A stretch of 64,000 nt of DNA from Octopus sinensis (Eukaryota): the NCBI RefSeq assembly GCF_006345805.1, contig NC_043016.1, positions 8,742,001-8,806,000 of the forward strand. Reading direction: 5' to 3'. Made by a program: the position numbers and the translations under genes. The notes under the pieces are model-generated. The model was not told the origin of the DNA and ran no database searches. It saw only the letters and a list, made by a program, of their open reading frames with translations. Shown here piece after piece: positions 51,900 to 64,000 of the stretch (position 1 is its first letter; each line of letters opens with the position of its first letter).

Positions 51900-52950
51900 T
51901 ACTTCATGAATGCTTTTTAGGAATTGACATTTGGTGCATGAGGGAGTTTGATGCCACTGCCCTCATCTGCACCTCCTGCCGCGAAGCTGGTTCATCAGGG
52001 ACACCTGACAGGAAGAGGTCCAGCTTTATTTTGAAGACACCTCCATCCACCCTATGCAGGTCTGTCAGGTTCTTCGGGAGGATATTGAAGAGCTGCAGAC
52101 CTCTGAAGCACAGGCTATTGCAGTATCTTGTCCTACATCTTGATAGCAAATTTGGAGTCCTTGGAACGATGCAGTGGCACCCAGTTCTAGTATTTGTGTA
52201 AAGTCAAGGTATATCACTCCCACATTTGAGTGGTTGAGCAGCTGTTTCAGCACCCAGTCATAGTGTTGTAAGAGCTAAATCATATTATTTATGAAGCAGA
52301 GATCCAGTATGTTCCCTGCCCTAGTTGGTTAGAGTACTACTTATTCCATGTACAAAGTGTTGATGAGGTTCAGGAGGGAATTCACCTGTTCTTGTTCATG
52401 TTGTGTCATTCCTGGGAGAGAAAGGCCCTCGGGCCATCTGACATTGGGCAGATTGAAGCCTCCCTTAAGAAGTACCCTTATGTGTTGTTCTAATGTGACT
52501 AGAACTTCTATTTTTGTAAGGCAGTCTTCAAAGTTGCCTACATGATTCGGAGCATCTAGAGGGTGTTATGTAGCATATATAACTACATCGAGTTGTCTTA
52601 TATGTACAGTTAGTGTGTCACTGAATTTGAGTGGGACGAAAGGACCTGGGGTATGAGGTCTTCGCAGATGTACATAGCAACTCCACCATGACTCCTTTCT
52701 TTCCTGTTGGTCCGTAATAAAATATACTGTGGTATGTGTATTTCTGCATTTGCTATATCTGGTTTCAGGTGTGTTTGCGTAAGTGCTATGCATAAGGCTT
52801 GATTGCATGCAACAAGGTCTCTCAAGAAAGGGATTTTTGTCCTCTTACTGATGCTCAGTAAGAGCACTGATGTGATGTGTGTGTTGTTGCCAGTGGTGCC
52901 AACCTTGGGTCTATTTGCTGTGGTGGTCTTGTGTATTGGGGATAGTCCCA
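51900..52950 (-). mobile_element. Internally deleted CR1-like LINE
   Basis: Endonuclease remnant LTQTHLKPDI..AEIHIPQY..RTNRKERSHGGVAMYI; RT piece VGVIYLDF fused to C-terminal CNSLCFRGLQLFNILP...KLDLFLSGVPDEP. Confidence 0.85.
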
Positions 52951-53000
52951 TCTGTGAGATATATGAGATATATGTATGTATATATATGTATGTGTGTATG

Positions 53001-53045
<45 letters not shown>

Positions 53046-53752
53046 ATATATGTATGTATGTGTGTATATATGTATGTATGTGTGTATATATGTATGTATG
53101 TGTGTAAATATGTATGTGGTGTATATATGTATGTGTGTGTATATATATATATATATGTGTATATATATGTATGTGTGTATATATGTATATATATACATAC
53201 ATGGATGTGTATATATATATATATCATCATCATTTAGCGTCCGCTTTCCATGCTAGCATGGGTTGGACGGTTCAACTGGGGTCTGTGAAGCCAGAAGGCT
53301 GCATCAGGCCCAGTCTGATCTGGCAGTGTTTCTACGGCTGGATGCCCTTCCTAACGCCAACCACTCCGTGGGTGTAGTGGGTGCTATACATGTATGTGGT
53401 GTGTATATATACATATATTATGTATTATATAATATATATATATATATATATCTATATATATATATATATATATAAAATAATTAGAGATAAAACCACTATT
53501 AGGAAAATCAAACAGTGAAAAACATAAACCAAAACATAAAAAAAAATAATTAATATAATATACAAAATATAAAAATTTAAAATTTAAATTATTTATATTT
53601 AAAATTTCTAATTTATATTTATAAATTTTTTATAAATTAAAATTTTTTTTTTTAAACTATCAAAAAGTAATAAAAAGTTTAATATTATATAATAAGTAAA
53701 ACCACTACATACGTTTCATGGCCATAACCTAATTCGAATTACAGTAATTATA

Positions 53753-54586
53753 CAGTCAACTCTCGCTACTATGCCACTCTCGCTACTATGCCAGTTTTGC
53801 GCAGTCCTGGCCAAATAATAAACAAAAATTTTTACTATGCCACCCTCAACTCTCGCTACTATGCCACTTGTAAACTGAAGCGCACACAACTTTTCGAAAT
53901 TTTGTACATTTCGTTTTTGTAATCTTGTGGAAAAGTTCAGAAAGTAGCACACAATGTCAGCTCAGAAATGCAAGCGGACTGAGTTTACGCTGAAGGAAAA
54001 GAAGGAGATTATCGATGCTGCGAAAAACGTTATTGTCGAGCCCCTCATATCATTAGTAATATCTGATACAAGTTACCGCCCCTTTATTGTCCGACATGTT
54101 TCACTCTAGAAGAAATAGCAAAGGAGGTAATGCATAACGAAGAGCTGGTGGAAAGTGAAGACGACGAGGTAATTGTGGAAGAGGAATACGTTTTGTTTGC
54201 AGATGCCCAGAGAGCATGGAGCACTATCTGAAAGTTTATGCAGCAGCAGAGCAGCGGAAAATCCAGCGTCATGCAGGCGTGTGATAGGCTAGACAACGAA
54301 ATGAATGAAATCTTCCGAAAAAAGATGCGTCAGCCGACAATTTTTGAGAGCTTCAGGATTAACTAAAAAACAATCTGAACTTAATAACTTGGTTGTCTTC
54401 TTTTTACCATTACATTGAACTTCTTATTGGCCTTACTCATACCCTACCCTATGAATTTTTATTCGTATGTTCAGTAAATTTTTGGTTATGTGTGTTTAGA
54501 TAACAGACCCTCGGTACTATGCCACTCTCGGTACTATGCCACTTTGGCTCAGTCCCGCAGGGTGGCATAGTAGCGAGAGTTGACTG
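53753..54586 (+). mobile_element. Internally deleted pogo/Tigger DNA transposon
   Basis: TIR CAGTCAACTCTCGCTACTATGCCA, TA TSD, subterminal CTCGSTACTATGCCAC repeats; N-terminal KRTEFTLKEKKEII and C-terminal PIP-box-like RQPTIFESF. Confidence 0.93.
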
Positions 54587-54589
54587 TAT

Positions 54590-54622
<33 letters not shown>

Positions 54623-55089
54623 GTTTAACGTCCGTTTTCCGCGCTAGCACGGGTTGGACGGTTTCGACCGGGGTCTGGGGAGCTCGGGACTGCCCCAGGC
54701 TCCAGTCTAGTCTGGCAGTGTTTTTACAGCTGGATGCCCTTCCTAACGCCAACCACTCCGCGAGTGTAGTGGGTGCTTTTTACGTGCCACCTGCACAGGT
54801 GCCAGAGGGGTCTGGCATCGGCCACGTTCGGATGGTGCTTTTATGTGGAGGGGGGTGCAGAAATATAGGGGAGCACCAGTGGGAGGGGTGGTTCAGAGAA
54901 ATGATGACAGGTTCTAGGCAAGTAGAACGTAGGATATCGAGAGAGGGGTAATGCATGGTGAAATAGCGTATTGAAGAGGGGGGTTCGAAGAGTAGACACC
55001 TATAATGGTGGGGGAGAAGCAACATCCGTATAGATGGAGCAAATATAGAGATATCCGGTATTGGTGGTGAGGGCGGGCGGCACCGCGCA

Positions 55090-55340
55090 TTGGGAGATGA
55101 GGTTTTAGGCGGCAGAAAGAAGACAGGGTTGAGATGAAATGCTTTGCGGTGGTGTGAATAAGTTTTTGTGAGTGAAAGTTTTTATGCTTCAGCTAGCATT
55201 TGAGACGAAAGACAACAATAACGCTATTAGATGGGTATACAATAATAATAAGGCTTGCAAAAACAATGAAAAGAGGAAACAGGTCGGGAACTTAGCTGAT
55301 GTTTTTTCATCCTGCGGAAGCGAGTGAAGGTGAGATATAT

Positions 55341-55397
<57 letters not shown>

Positions 55398-55680
55398 CAG
55401 TGAAAACAGAGGAGAACCGACACCCCACATAGCGGGAGAGAGAATTGGGAGATGAGGTTTTAGGCGGCAGAAAGAAGACAGGGTTGTGAGATGAAATGCT
55501 TTGCGGTGGTGTGAATAAGTTTTTGTGAGTGAAAGTTTTTATGCTTCAGCTAGCATTTGAGACGAAAGACAACGATAACGCTATTAGATGGGGATACAAT
55601 AATAATAAGGCTTGCAAAAACAATGAAAAGAGTAAACAGGTCGGGAACTTAGCTGATGTTTTTTCATCCTGCGGAAGCGA
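55090..55680. repeat. Tandem array, ~355-bp unit x1.7
   Basis: TTGGGAGATGAGGTTTTAGGCGGC at 55090 and 55445. Confidence 0.92.
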
Positions 55681-55740
55681 ATATATATATATATATGTAT
55701 ATATATCTATATTATTTATATACATATATATATGTATGTA

Positions 55741-55777
<37 letters not shown>

Positions 55778-57058
55778 GTATATAGATGTATATATATTTT
55801 ATCATCATCATCATCATCGTTTTATGTCCGTTTTCCATGCCAGCATGGCTTGGACGGTTCAACTGAGGTCTGGGTAGCCGGGAGGCTGCTCCAGGCCCCA
55901 ATCTGGTCTGGCAATGTTTCTACAGCTGGATGCCCTTCCTTACGCCAACCACTCCAAGAGTGTAGTGGGTGCTTTTTACATGCCATCGGCACAAGGGGCC
56001 AGTGGAGCTAGCATCGACCATGATTGGGTGGTGCTTTTTACATGCCACTCGCATGGAAGCCAGTCAAGGTGGCACTGGCATCGGCCACTTTCGGATGGTG
56101 CTTTTTACGTGTTACTGGTACGGGGCTCACAACTACAATTTCCATTTGATTTGATTTTGATATTGTTGATGTTGATGTACTTGAGTCAATAGGTCTCCTC
56201 ATGCACGGCATGTTGCCCTACGATCCAAGGTACGTTTGAGTGGACTGATTTTCTGAATATGGTGTAGGTTTCAGCTGTGTACTCACTTTATTTGCTGTGT
56301 TTTCTCAGTCACAGCATACCTCCAGTGTCACATAACCAGACCATTTAAAGGAACCTTTGAATCATCGGGCGACATGACACACTAGGGGAGACCTATTGAG
56401 TCAAGTCTAATTGAAATCAAAATCACAATCAGAATCTACCTCAAATCGGAATCAAATAAAAATTTCAGTTGTGGCCAATGCAAATTGCCACCTGACTGGC
56501 TCCCGTGCTGGTGGTACGCAATAAGCACCATTCATGTGTGAGTCAATGCCAGTGACACCTGTCTGGTTCCCTGTGCCAGTGGCACATAAAAAAAAAAGTA
56601 CCATCAGAACAAGTCTGATGCCAGTTCTGCCTGACTGGCTCACGTGCAGGTAGGAGGACTAAAAAAGCACTCACTACACCCTTGGAGAGTTGGCATTAGG
56701 AAGGGCATCTAGCTGTAGAAACTTTGCCAGGTCAGATTGGAGCCTGGTGCAACCTCCTGGTTTGCCAGTCCCCAGTCAAAGCATCCAACCTATACCAGCA
56801 TGGAAAACGGATGTATATATATATATTTGTGTGTGTATGTGTATTTATATATATATATATATACACACGCATGTATGTATATATATCTATATATATATAT
56901 GTATATATGTGTATATATATATGTGTGTCTATATATATATGTATATATGTGTATATATATATATACATATATGTATATATGTGTATATATATATATGTAT
57001 ATATGTGTGTGGTATATATGTGTATATATATATATGTGTCTATATATATATGTATATA

Positions 57059-57095
<37 letters not shown>

Positions 57096-57549
57096 GTATA
57101 TATGTGTGTGTATATATATATGCATATATATGTGTATGTATGGCATTAGGAAGGGCATCCAGCCGTAGAAACATTGCCAGATCAGACTGGGCCTGGTGCA
57201 GCCTTCTGGCTTCCCAGACCCCAGTTGAACCGTCCAACCCATGCTAGCATGGAAAGCGGACGCTAAACGATGATGATGATGATGATGATGATATATGCAT
57301 ATGTGTGTATATATATATATAGGTATATATGTGTGTGTATATATATATGCATATGTGTGTGTATATATATGTGCATATGTGTGTATATATATATATACAT
57401 ATATATATATGCATATGTGTATATATATATATACACATGTATATATATGTATATATATATGTGTGTGTGTGTGTGTATATATTATATATATATATACACA
57501 TATATATATGTGTGTGTACGTATGTATATGTATGCATATATATGAATAT

Positions 57550-57599
<50 letters not shown>

Positions 57600-57942
57600 G
57601 TATGTATATGTATATGTATGTATATGTATATGTATGTATATGTATATATATGTATATGTATATATATGTATATGTATATATATGTATATGTATATATATG
57701 TATAAATATATATGTATATGTATATATATGTATAAATATATATGTATATGTATATATATGTATAAATATATATGTATATATATGTATAAATATATATGTA
57801 TATGTATATATATGTATAAATATATATGTATATGTATATATATGTATAAATATGTATATATATGTATAAATATATATGTATATGTATATATATATGTATA
57901 TATATATATGTATATGTATATATATATATGTATATATATGTA

Positions 57943-58450
57943 TCGTCAGAAAAGTCTGATCATGCTCCTAGAAGAAAAGAACCTTCTCACAAACATGTGC
58001 AACATGGCCTCAATCTAGGGAGGAGATTCTGCCTCACACAGTTGCTGCAACACTTTTACTGGGTACTGAAGCAAGAACTAAACTAGTCAGCTGTAGAAGT
58101 GATATACCTCGACTTTGCCAAGGCTTTCGACAAGGTTGATCATAGCATGATATGTCAGAAGCTGCAAAACCTTGGTATTACCAGGATACTGGGAGAGTAG
58201 CTGCATGATTTTCTGAAGGGCAAGAGTCAGACAGTTGTAGCCAATGGTATTCACTCTGAAGAGACACCAATTCTCAGCGGAGTCCTACAGGGAACTGTAC
58301 TGGGGCCACTACTATTTGTGGTGGCCCTCACAGACATGCCCTCTGTGGTACAGCCAGTCCATCTGACCAGTTATGCTGATGACATCAAAAGCATCACAGG
58401 CAGTTAGGACCCCAGAGGACATCATAAAACTGCATAAAGACCTGAATAAG
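57943..58450 (+). mobile_element. CR1-like LINE reverse transcriptase fragment
   Basis: QHG..CLTQLL..VIYLDFAKAFDKVDH..SGVLQGTVLGPLLF..YADD, with stops. Confidence 0.92.
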
Positions 58451-59639
58451 ACAAAACTTAAGAAGCAAAATAACTGCCTTGTTCAAAGATGCTGAACTAA
58501 AAGGAAAATCCATTCAAGACTTACTTTACATTCTGTATAATAGTGGATTAGATGAAGCTTTGTGAATTAATATCAAAACTACCAGCAACAAGTGCTCTTT
58601 GGGTTTTTTTTTTCTCTGCATGTATGTACATTTTTACTTTAATATTGTAACTTTATTCAAACTGTCTTGCCTATCGCTTTTTAACCTCATGTAAAATATT
58701 AATATATATATATTATTTTTCTGTTTTTCAATATTAATATGTATATGTATAACTCACTATGGTTTTTTTTTTCTACTAGTCCACCTGTTACGTTAAATTC
58801 TACTATGCACACGTGGCTCTGTTTATTATATTTTGTCTTGACCTGTTACCATTTTTTTTGGCTGTGTGGTAAGTAGCTTGCTAACCAGCCACATGGTTCT
58901 GGGTTCAGTCCCACTGCGTGGCATCTTGGGGAAGTGTCTTCTGCTATAGCCCCGGGCCGACCAATGCCTTGTGAGTGGATTTGGTAGACGGAAACTGAAA
59001 GAAGCCTGTCGTATATATGTATATATATATATAAGTGTGTGTGTATGTGTTTGTGTGTCTGTCTTTGTCCCCCTAGCATTGCTTGACAACCGATGTTGGT
59101 GTGTTTACGTCCCCGTCGCTTAGCGGTTCGGCAAAAGAGACCGATAGAATAAGTACTGGGCTTACAAAGAATAAGTCCTGGGGTCGATTTGCTCGACTAA
59201 AGGCGGTGCTCCAGCATGGCTGCAGTCAAATGACTGAAACAAGTAAAAGAGAGAGATATCTGTTTGTTTTTTATTCTTTTTTTACGTTATAGTTTACTGC
59301 ACATTTAGACGTGCATACACATTGACATGTCTGTCTGTTTTTCTCTTTTATCTCTCTTACTATTATTATTATACTGTTATTTTTCCCCTCTTAAACTTGC
59401 TTGTAAATATCCGATTTTTTTCCCCTATTACCCCATTTGTATTCTCCCTTATTGTATCTTCTTTTAATTTATTTTATTAAACCTTTTTTGATGTCCTTAT
59501 AAAAATTTCTCACAATGATTATGGTTGTAGTTTTGTTAATTATATAAGACAACATTCTAATATCCTAAAGCTGATAAACCAACTAATGTGTTTCTCCATT
59601 TTCTTACTTGTAATATATATATAAGTATATAGCATACCT

Positions 59640-60935
59640 ACAGATACCAACCTGACGGTTGTCAATTTCCTAGATGTATCCTTAGATCTAATTAACAATA
59701 TTTATAAACCTTATAGGAAGCCCAACGATAGACTTAGTTATATTAATGTAGGTTCATGTCATCCCCCATAATGTTTAAAAATTTAGTTAAAAACATTAGC
59801 AAAATAATTTCTAGCCTCCCCTCCGATAGGGACATTTTTAATGGTCCTTAAAAAATAAAGGTATCAGTTACAACATCCATTGGAAGATCTTAGCCAAGTG
59901 TAAGCCATACACCAACAGAAAGTGCTGTCTTTGTGATATGGAAAGGTGGCTCATCTGGAAAAGCAGCTTAGACACCGCTACATGTCTGAATTCAAGAACT
60001 GAACTTTTCAGATCATGCCCATATGTGGCTAAATATTTCTTATGTTTTTGGTCCCCCTGAGATTACAGATAGGGCTTGCTTTCTATATTGTGTCCATGTA
60101 CAATTTTTTTTATCTCTTTATACTTTTTACTTATATTTCTTATATATTTTTATATATATTTATATTTTTTATACATATATTTTTTACATATTTATAGAGA
60201 TATTGTTTTATAGGTTTATTGCTCATATATATTTTTTACACATATTTTTTCGGTATTCTACCTTCCATCCTGCATTTTCCCTGTCTGTATATAGATGTGT
60301 ATATCGATTTTTTGTGTGTGTGTGTCTGCATGCAAGTATATGCATACATAGACGTGTTTTACTCACTATTTTTATACATTTTTTACACTTTTTCTTGTAT
60401 TTTGCCTTTAGCTCTGTTTTTTCTTGTGCATGTGTGTATATAGACATGTGTATGAACGTTTTTGTGCACGTGTATATGTGCGTGCATATATAGACGTGTG
60501 TATGAACCTTTTGGTGCGTGTGTGTGTGAGATTGTACATATATATATATATATAAATATATATATATATTTTAGCGAATGGTGTGGTTGAGATTGTGTAT
60601 GTTTCAAGTGAGGGTGGATGAGTGTATACTTATAGGCGCATGTACGTGGGTGTGCGGGCGCGCATGTGTAGTAATGCACATGCGCGCTTACGCAAATACT
60701 ATGAACATTTTTACCCCCTTATTTTTACTCCCTCCCCCCACTTAGCGGTCATTCAAATAGCTCTTTTGTCTTAATAACGATCAATCACACAGTAATTTCC
60801 CTTTGTTTAACGGTCATTTTCATAGCATTTTCCCCGATGGCTGGATAACTGAAGAGATGGCGGCGTGGATTTCCACCCTGACATCCGAAACTCGGAGTTT
60901 TATCATGGGTACCGAATAATTGTCACATATTACAT
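59640..60935 (+). mobile_element. Penelope-like element remnant (RT thumb, C-terminal Cys-rich piece, 3' region with hammerhead)
   Basis: VNFLDVSLDL..YKPYRKPND..YINVGSCHP and WKILAKCKPY..KCCLCDMERWLI..LNSRTELFRSC are Penelope-type motifs. Confidence 0.85.
60844..60904 (+). ncRNA. Type I hammerhead ribozyme motif, Penelope-associated
   Basis: gataa-CTGAAGA-[GATG..GTGG attt CCAC..CATC]C-GAAA-ctcggag-TT-ttatc; stem I gataa/ttatc. Confidence 0.75.
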
Positions 60936-62014
60936 TTATATATATATATAATATATGACAGGTTTCTTTCATTTTATTTATATGTGTGTGTGTACTTGTT
61001 GAAGGTTAGTGACAGGAAGGGTACTCGGCCGTAGAAATTCTGCCTCAATAAGTTCCGTCTGATCTATGCAGGCATGGAAAAATGGCAGTTAAATGATTAT
61101 GATGTAATGAAGAGAATAGATGAACTGAGAAGTAAAGAATTTAAGATAATACCTCAGAATGTATGTCAACATGTACAAGATACAAATATCGAGGTTCCAG
61201 AGAAAATTCCTTTTAAAGCAAACTGAGGAAAGTATTATTTCGGATTTTTATTCTTTGCGTATCAGTTTTATGTAACGGGGCAAAATTTATCAAAATGTGA
61301 GATTATGGGGAGATAATTCGTAGAGTAGCTTCCCCTTGAGTTGTTTCAGTTTGTATTTCATGAATTGGGTGAGCAATACTACTTTGTTAATTACAACTGA
61401 TTTCAAGGCAACGAGCTGATGGAATCGTTACCACGCCGGATATAACGCTTTACAGCATTTCTTCCGGCTATTAACGTTCAAGTCCCACCATTGTTAGTTT
61501 TTCCCTTGATCCCTCCTAGATCGATAAAATAAAGTACCAGTTACGTATTTGGGTCGATGCGATCGACTTAACCTCTTCCTCTCGAAATTACTGACCTTGT
61601 GCCAAAATTAGAAAGAATTACAATTAATTTCATTTAATTTATCCAAAAACTTTTTTTTTTCTTTTTGTAAACTCGTTCACTTTCTGTACATATCCTATCT
61701 ACTGTTCATGCAGTTTTGCTTACTTTTTCTGATGTGTTATAGTGCACCTCAGCACTGTACACAATAAGTTCATTATTATTATTATTATTATTATTATAAA
61801 TCGATAAATTAAGTACCAGTTACGCATTAAGGTCGATGTACCTATAATAGAAAGGATTTATAGTATTGTTATTATTATGAATGTAAATCCCCCACACTCT
61901 ATGTCTGTCTTTGTATTGCCCCCCCCCCCCCATCCTTTCCTCTGGTGGCAAATAAATCATCATTATTATTATTATTATCTTTCTTGGTGGCGTGGAAAAT
62001 ATTAGAAATTGATT

Positions 62015-62223
62015 GGATCTTTTCATTTTCAAGGCCTGATTTGTCAGATTTTTCCTACTTTTCGCAGATTTAATCTACGTTTAAAGTTATAAAATACATT
62101 TTTCTCAAATAAACAAGTTGAAACTAGTGTTTTCTTTTGAGACACTCTACCAGTATACGAAGTTTCAAATTATTTAGTTAACTAGAAAAATCTGACAATC
62201 AGGCCTTGAAAATGAAAAGATCC
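62015..62223. mobile_element. Merlin-like MITE, sister family without telomeric repeats
   Basis: TIR GGATCTTTTCATTTTCAAGGCCTGATT; TSD AATTGATT; shares TCTACCAGTATACGAAGTTT with the other family. Confidence 0.9.
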
Positions 62224-63647
62224 AATTGATTTAATATATTCCGAGTCTAATTTTATCACCTTCAGCTTCATAAACTTTTTGTATTTAGTATATGCCACGG
62301 CAGGCCATCACTGGTTTTCTCAATTTGTACCATTTTGTGTCATACCAATCACTTAGGGATCTGATTTGAATAAAATGTCACTACAGATTCACATTCATGC
62401 TTCTCAGTTTAGAACTCCCATTTTTTTTTTTACTTACTCCTTTCATTTTTTGTGCTCACTTATAAATAGCTCAACCTGCAAGAAATAGTAGAATTTCCTT
62501 AATGCCATACCACACCACCTTACAAGAAAGAAAAAGATAAAGGACACAATAAATGATGCAAGGCAACATTTGTGAAATAGAAAATAAAAAGAAAAAAGTT
62601 ATTGTTGAAAGACCCAACCTGGAGCTAACCAACAACAACAATGGAGGCGCAATGGCCCAGTGGTTAGGGCAGCGGACTCGCGGTCGGAGGATCGCGGTTT
62701 TGATTCCCAGACCGGGCGTTGTGTATGTTTATTGAGCGAAAACACCTAAAGCTCCACGAGGCTCCGGCAGGGGGGGTTGGGGGGTGGCGACTCCTGTTGT
62801 ACTCTTTCGCTCCAACTTTCTCTCACTCTTTCTTCCTGTTTCTTGTCCCCAACTTCCTACGCAACACTGAGCCTGGATGTGCATTCATCCATCCGTCGAT
62901 GCTCTCGGTTTCGGGGGTTGACCTGCTTTCTCTTCTGCGGGTCTTACAAATAGCAAAGGACCACGTTTCAGACTTCTCTCACGAAGACTGCTTTGCTTAA
63001 CAAACAAACAAACCAACCAACAACAACATGCAGAGAAGAAAGAATTTCTTTAAAAATGTTAAACTAAGAAATGATTTAGACCAAGTCATTTACATTTTTT
63101 TTTTTCACAAACCTATTTATAAAAAAGATTGGAAATATCAATTAGTGAAATGTCTTTTTAATTTTTTCTTCTTTTTTTTTCTGTTATCACAATCAAACGT
63201 CAAAGTAGCTACAGTGAAAGTGTAAAAAACATATTTGTTTAGCTAAAAAGCAAAAGTGTCAAATGAGATATGAATCTAGACCAGCGTTTCAATTTCCTTC
63301 AATTTGTTCCAACTATGCCCTTATTTACAGACGTAATATATCTAAGACTGCATTATCTGTTGTGTCCTACTGTAGGATGTAATTTTGTGAAGATCTCATT
63401 GGTTTTCATAGCTTATTAAATAACCATGGTTCTCTGTGTTTAGTGTTGTGTAACTAATTTAACATGCAAATAGTCAACCAAACAATGTAAAATGGTTGGC
63501 ATTAGGAAGGGCATCCAGCTGTTGCAATTATGCCTAGACTGAGACACTGGAGCACACCACAGTCCCTCCAACTTATCAGAGTCTGTCAAACTGTCCAGCC
63601 TCTGCAAGCATGGAGAGCAGACATAAAACAATGTTGGTGTGGTTATA

Positions 63648-64000
63648 CAGGGTGTCCATAAAGTCTCTTTACAATTTTAAAATTTTATTACAAAAGCAGT
63701 TGACAAGATATCTTAACCAGATTTATTTTATTGTAATAATTGTTTATTGAAATTTTTTAACTGTTACTTAATAGACTTGAATATGGGCACCATTAGTTGC
63801 GCAAAGCACATCAAGACGGTACTCGATTTCTTGCCATGTTTGCTGTAGGATAGCCTCATCAATGGTGGCAATGGCATTACGAATCCTTTGCTTCAAGTCA
63901 GCAATTTCCCATATCTTTCTTGATACACAATATCTTTTACATAACCCCATAAAACGAAATCCAATGGAGTGATATCTGGCGAACACGGTAGCCATGAAAT
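63648..64000 (-). mobile_element. Tc1/mariner transposon end with transposase C-terminus (frameshifted)
   Basis: TA|CAGGGTGTCC TIR; minus strand SPDITPLDFVLWGYVKDIVY...DLKQRI...YRLDV..ATNGAHI. Confidence 0.9.

Noticed and set aside
62643-62715. tRNA genes here and at 26883, 27111 and 24530-24596
   Set aside because: tRNA-like heads continue into SINE bodies with TSDs and lack a proper acceptor stem.

Overview
Eukaryotic, AT-rich window dominated by transposons and microsatellites. The SINE families and TTAGGG-type repeats suggest a cephalopod, probably Octopus (inference from recognition, no search run). Only one host coding feature is well supported: a minus-strand first exon (1328->878) with a signal-peptide-like segment, poly-Ser/Asn and a CAG|GTAAG donor. 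The rest is mostly decayed elements: RTE, CR1, Tx1/L1, R4/Dong and Penelope retroelements, a Gypsy-like LTR cluster with tRNA-Trp primer sites, Helitrons, Tigger, Tc1/mariner, hAT and GG-terminal (Merlin-like) MITEs, and several tRNA-derived SINE families. Almost all ORFs in the track are microsatellite artefacts. The best candidates for undescribed biology are non-coding: (i) several minimal hammerhead-ribozyme motifs, one at the end of a Penelope remnant, two inside fold-back elements and a recurrent variant-core type; (ii) a SINE forming head+(body)n multimers with the same junction at four loci; (iii) two RTE-tailed elements sharing a body but carrying different ~360-bp 5' monomer arrays; (iv) a MITE that appears to have copied its neighbour plus flank. 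All structures were read by eye and need computational confirmation.
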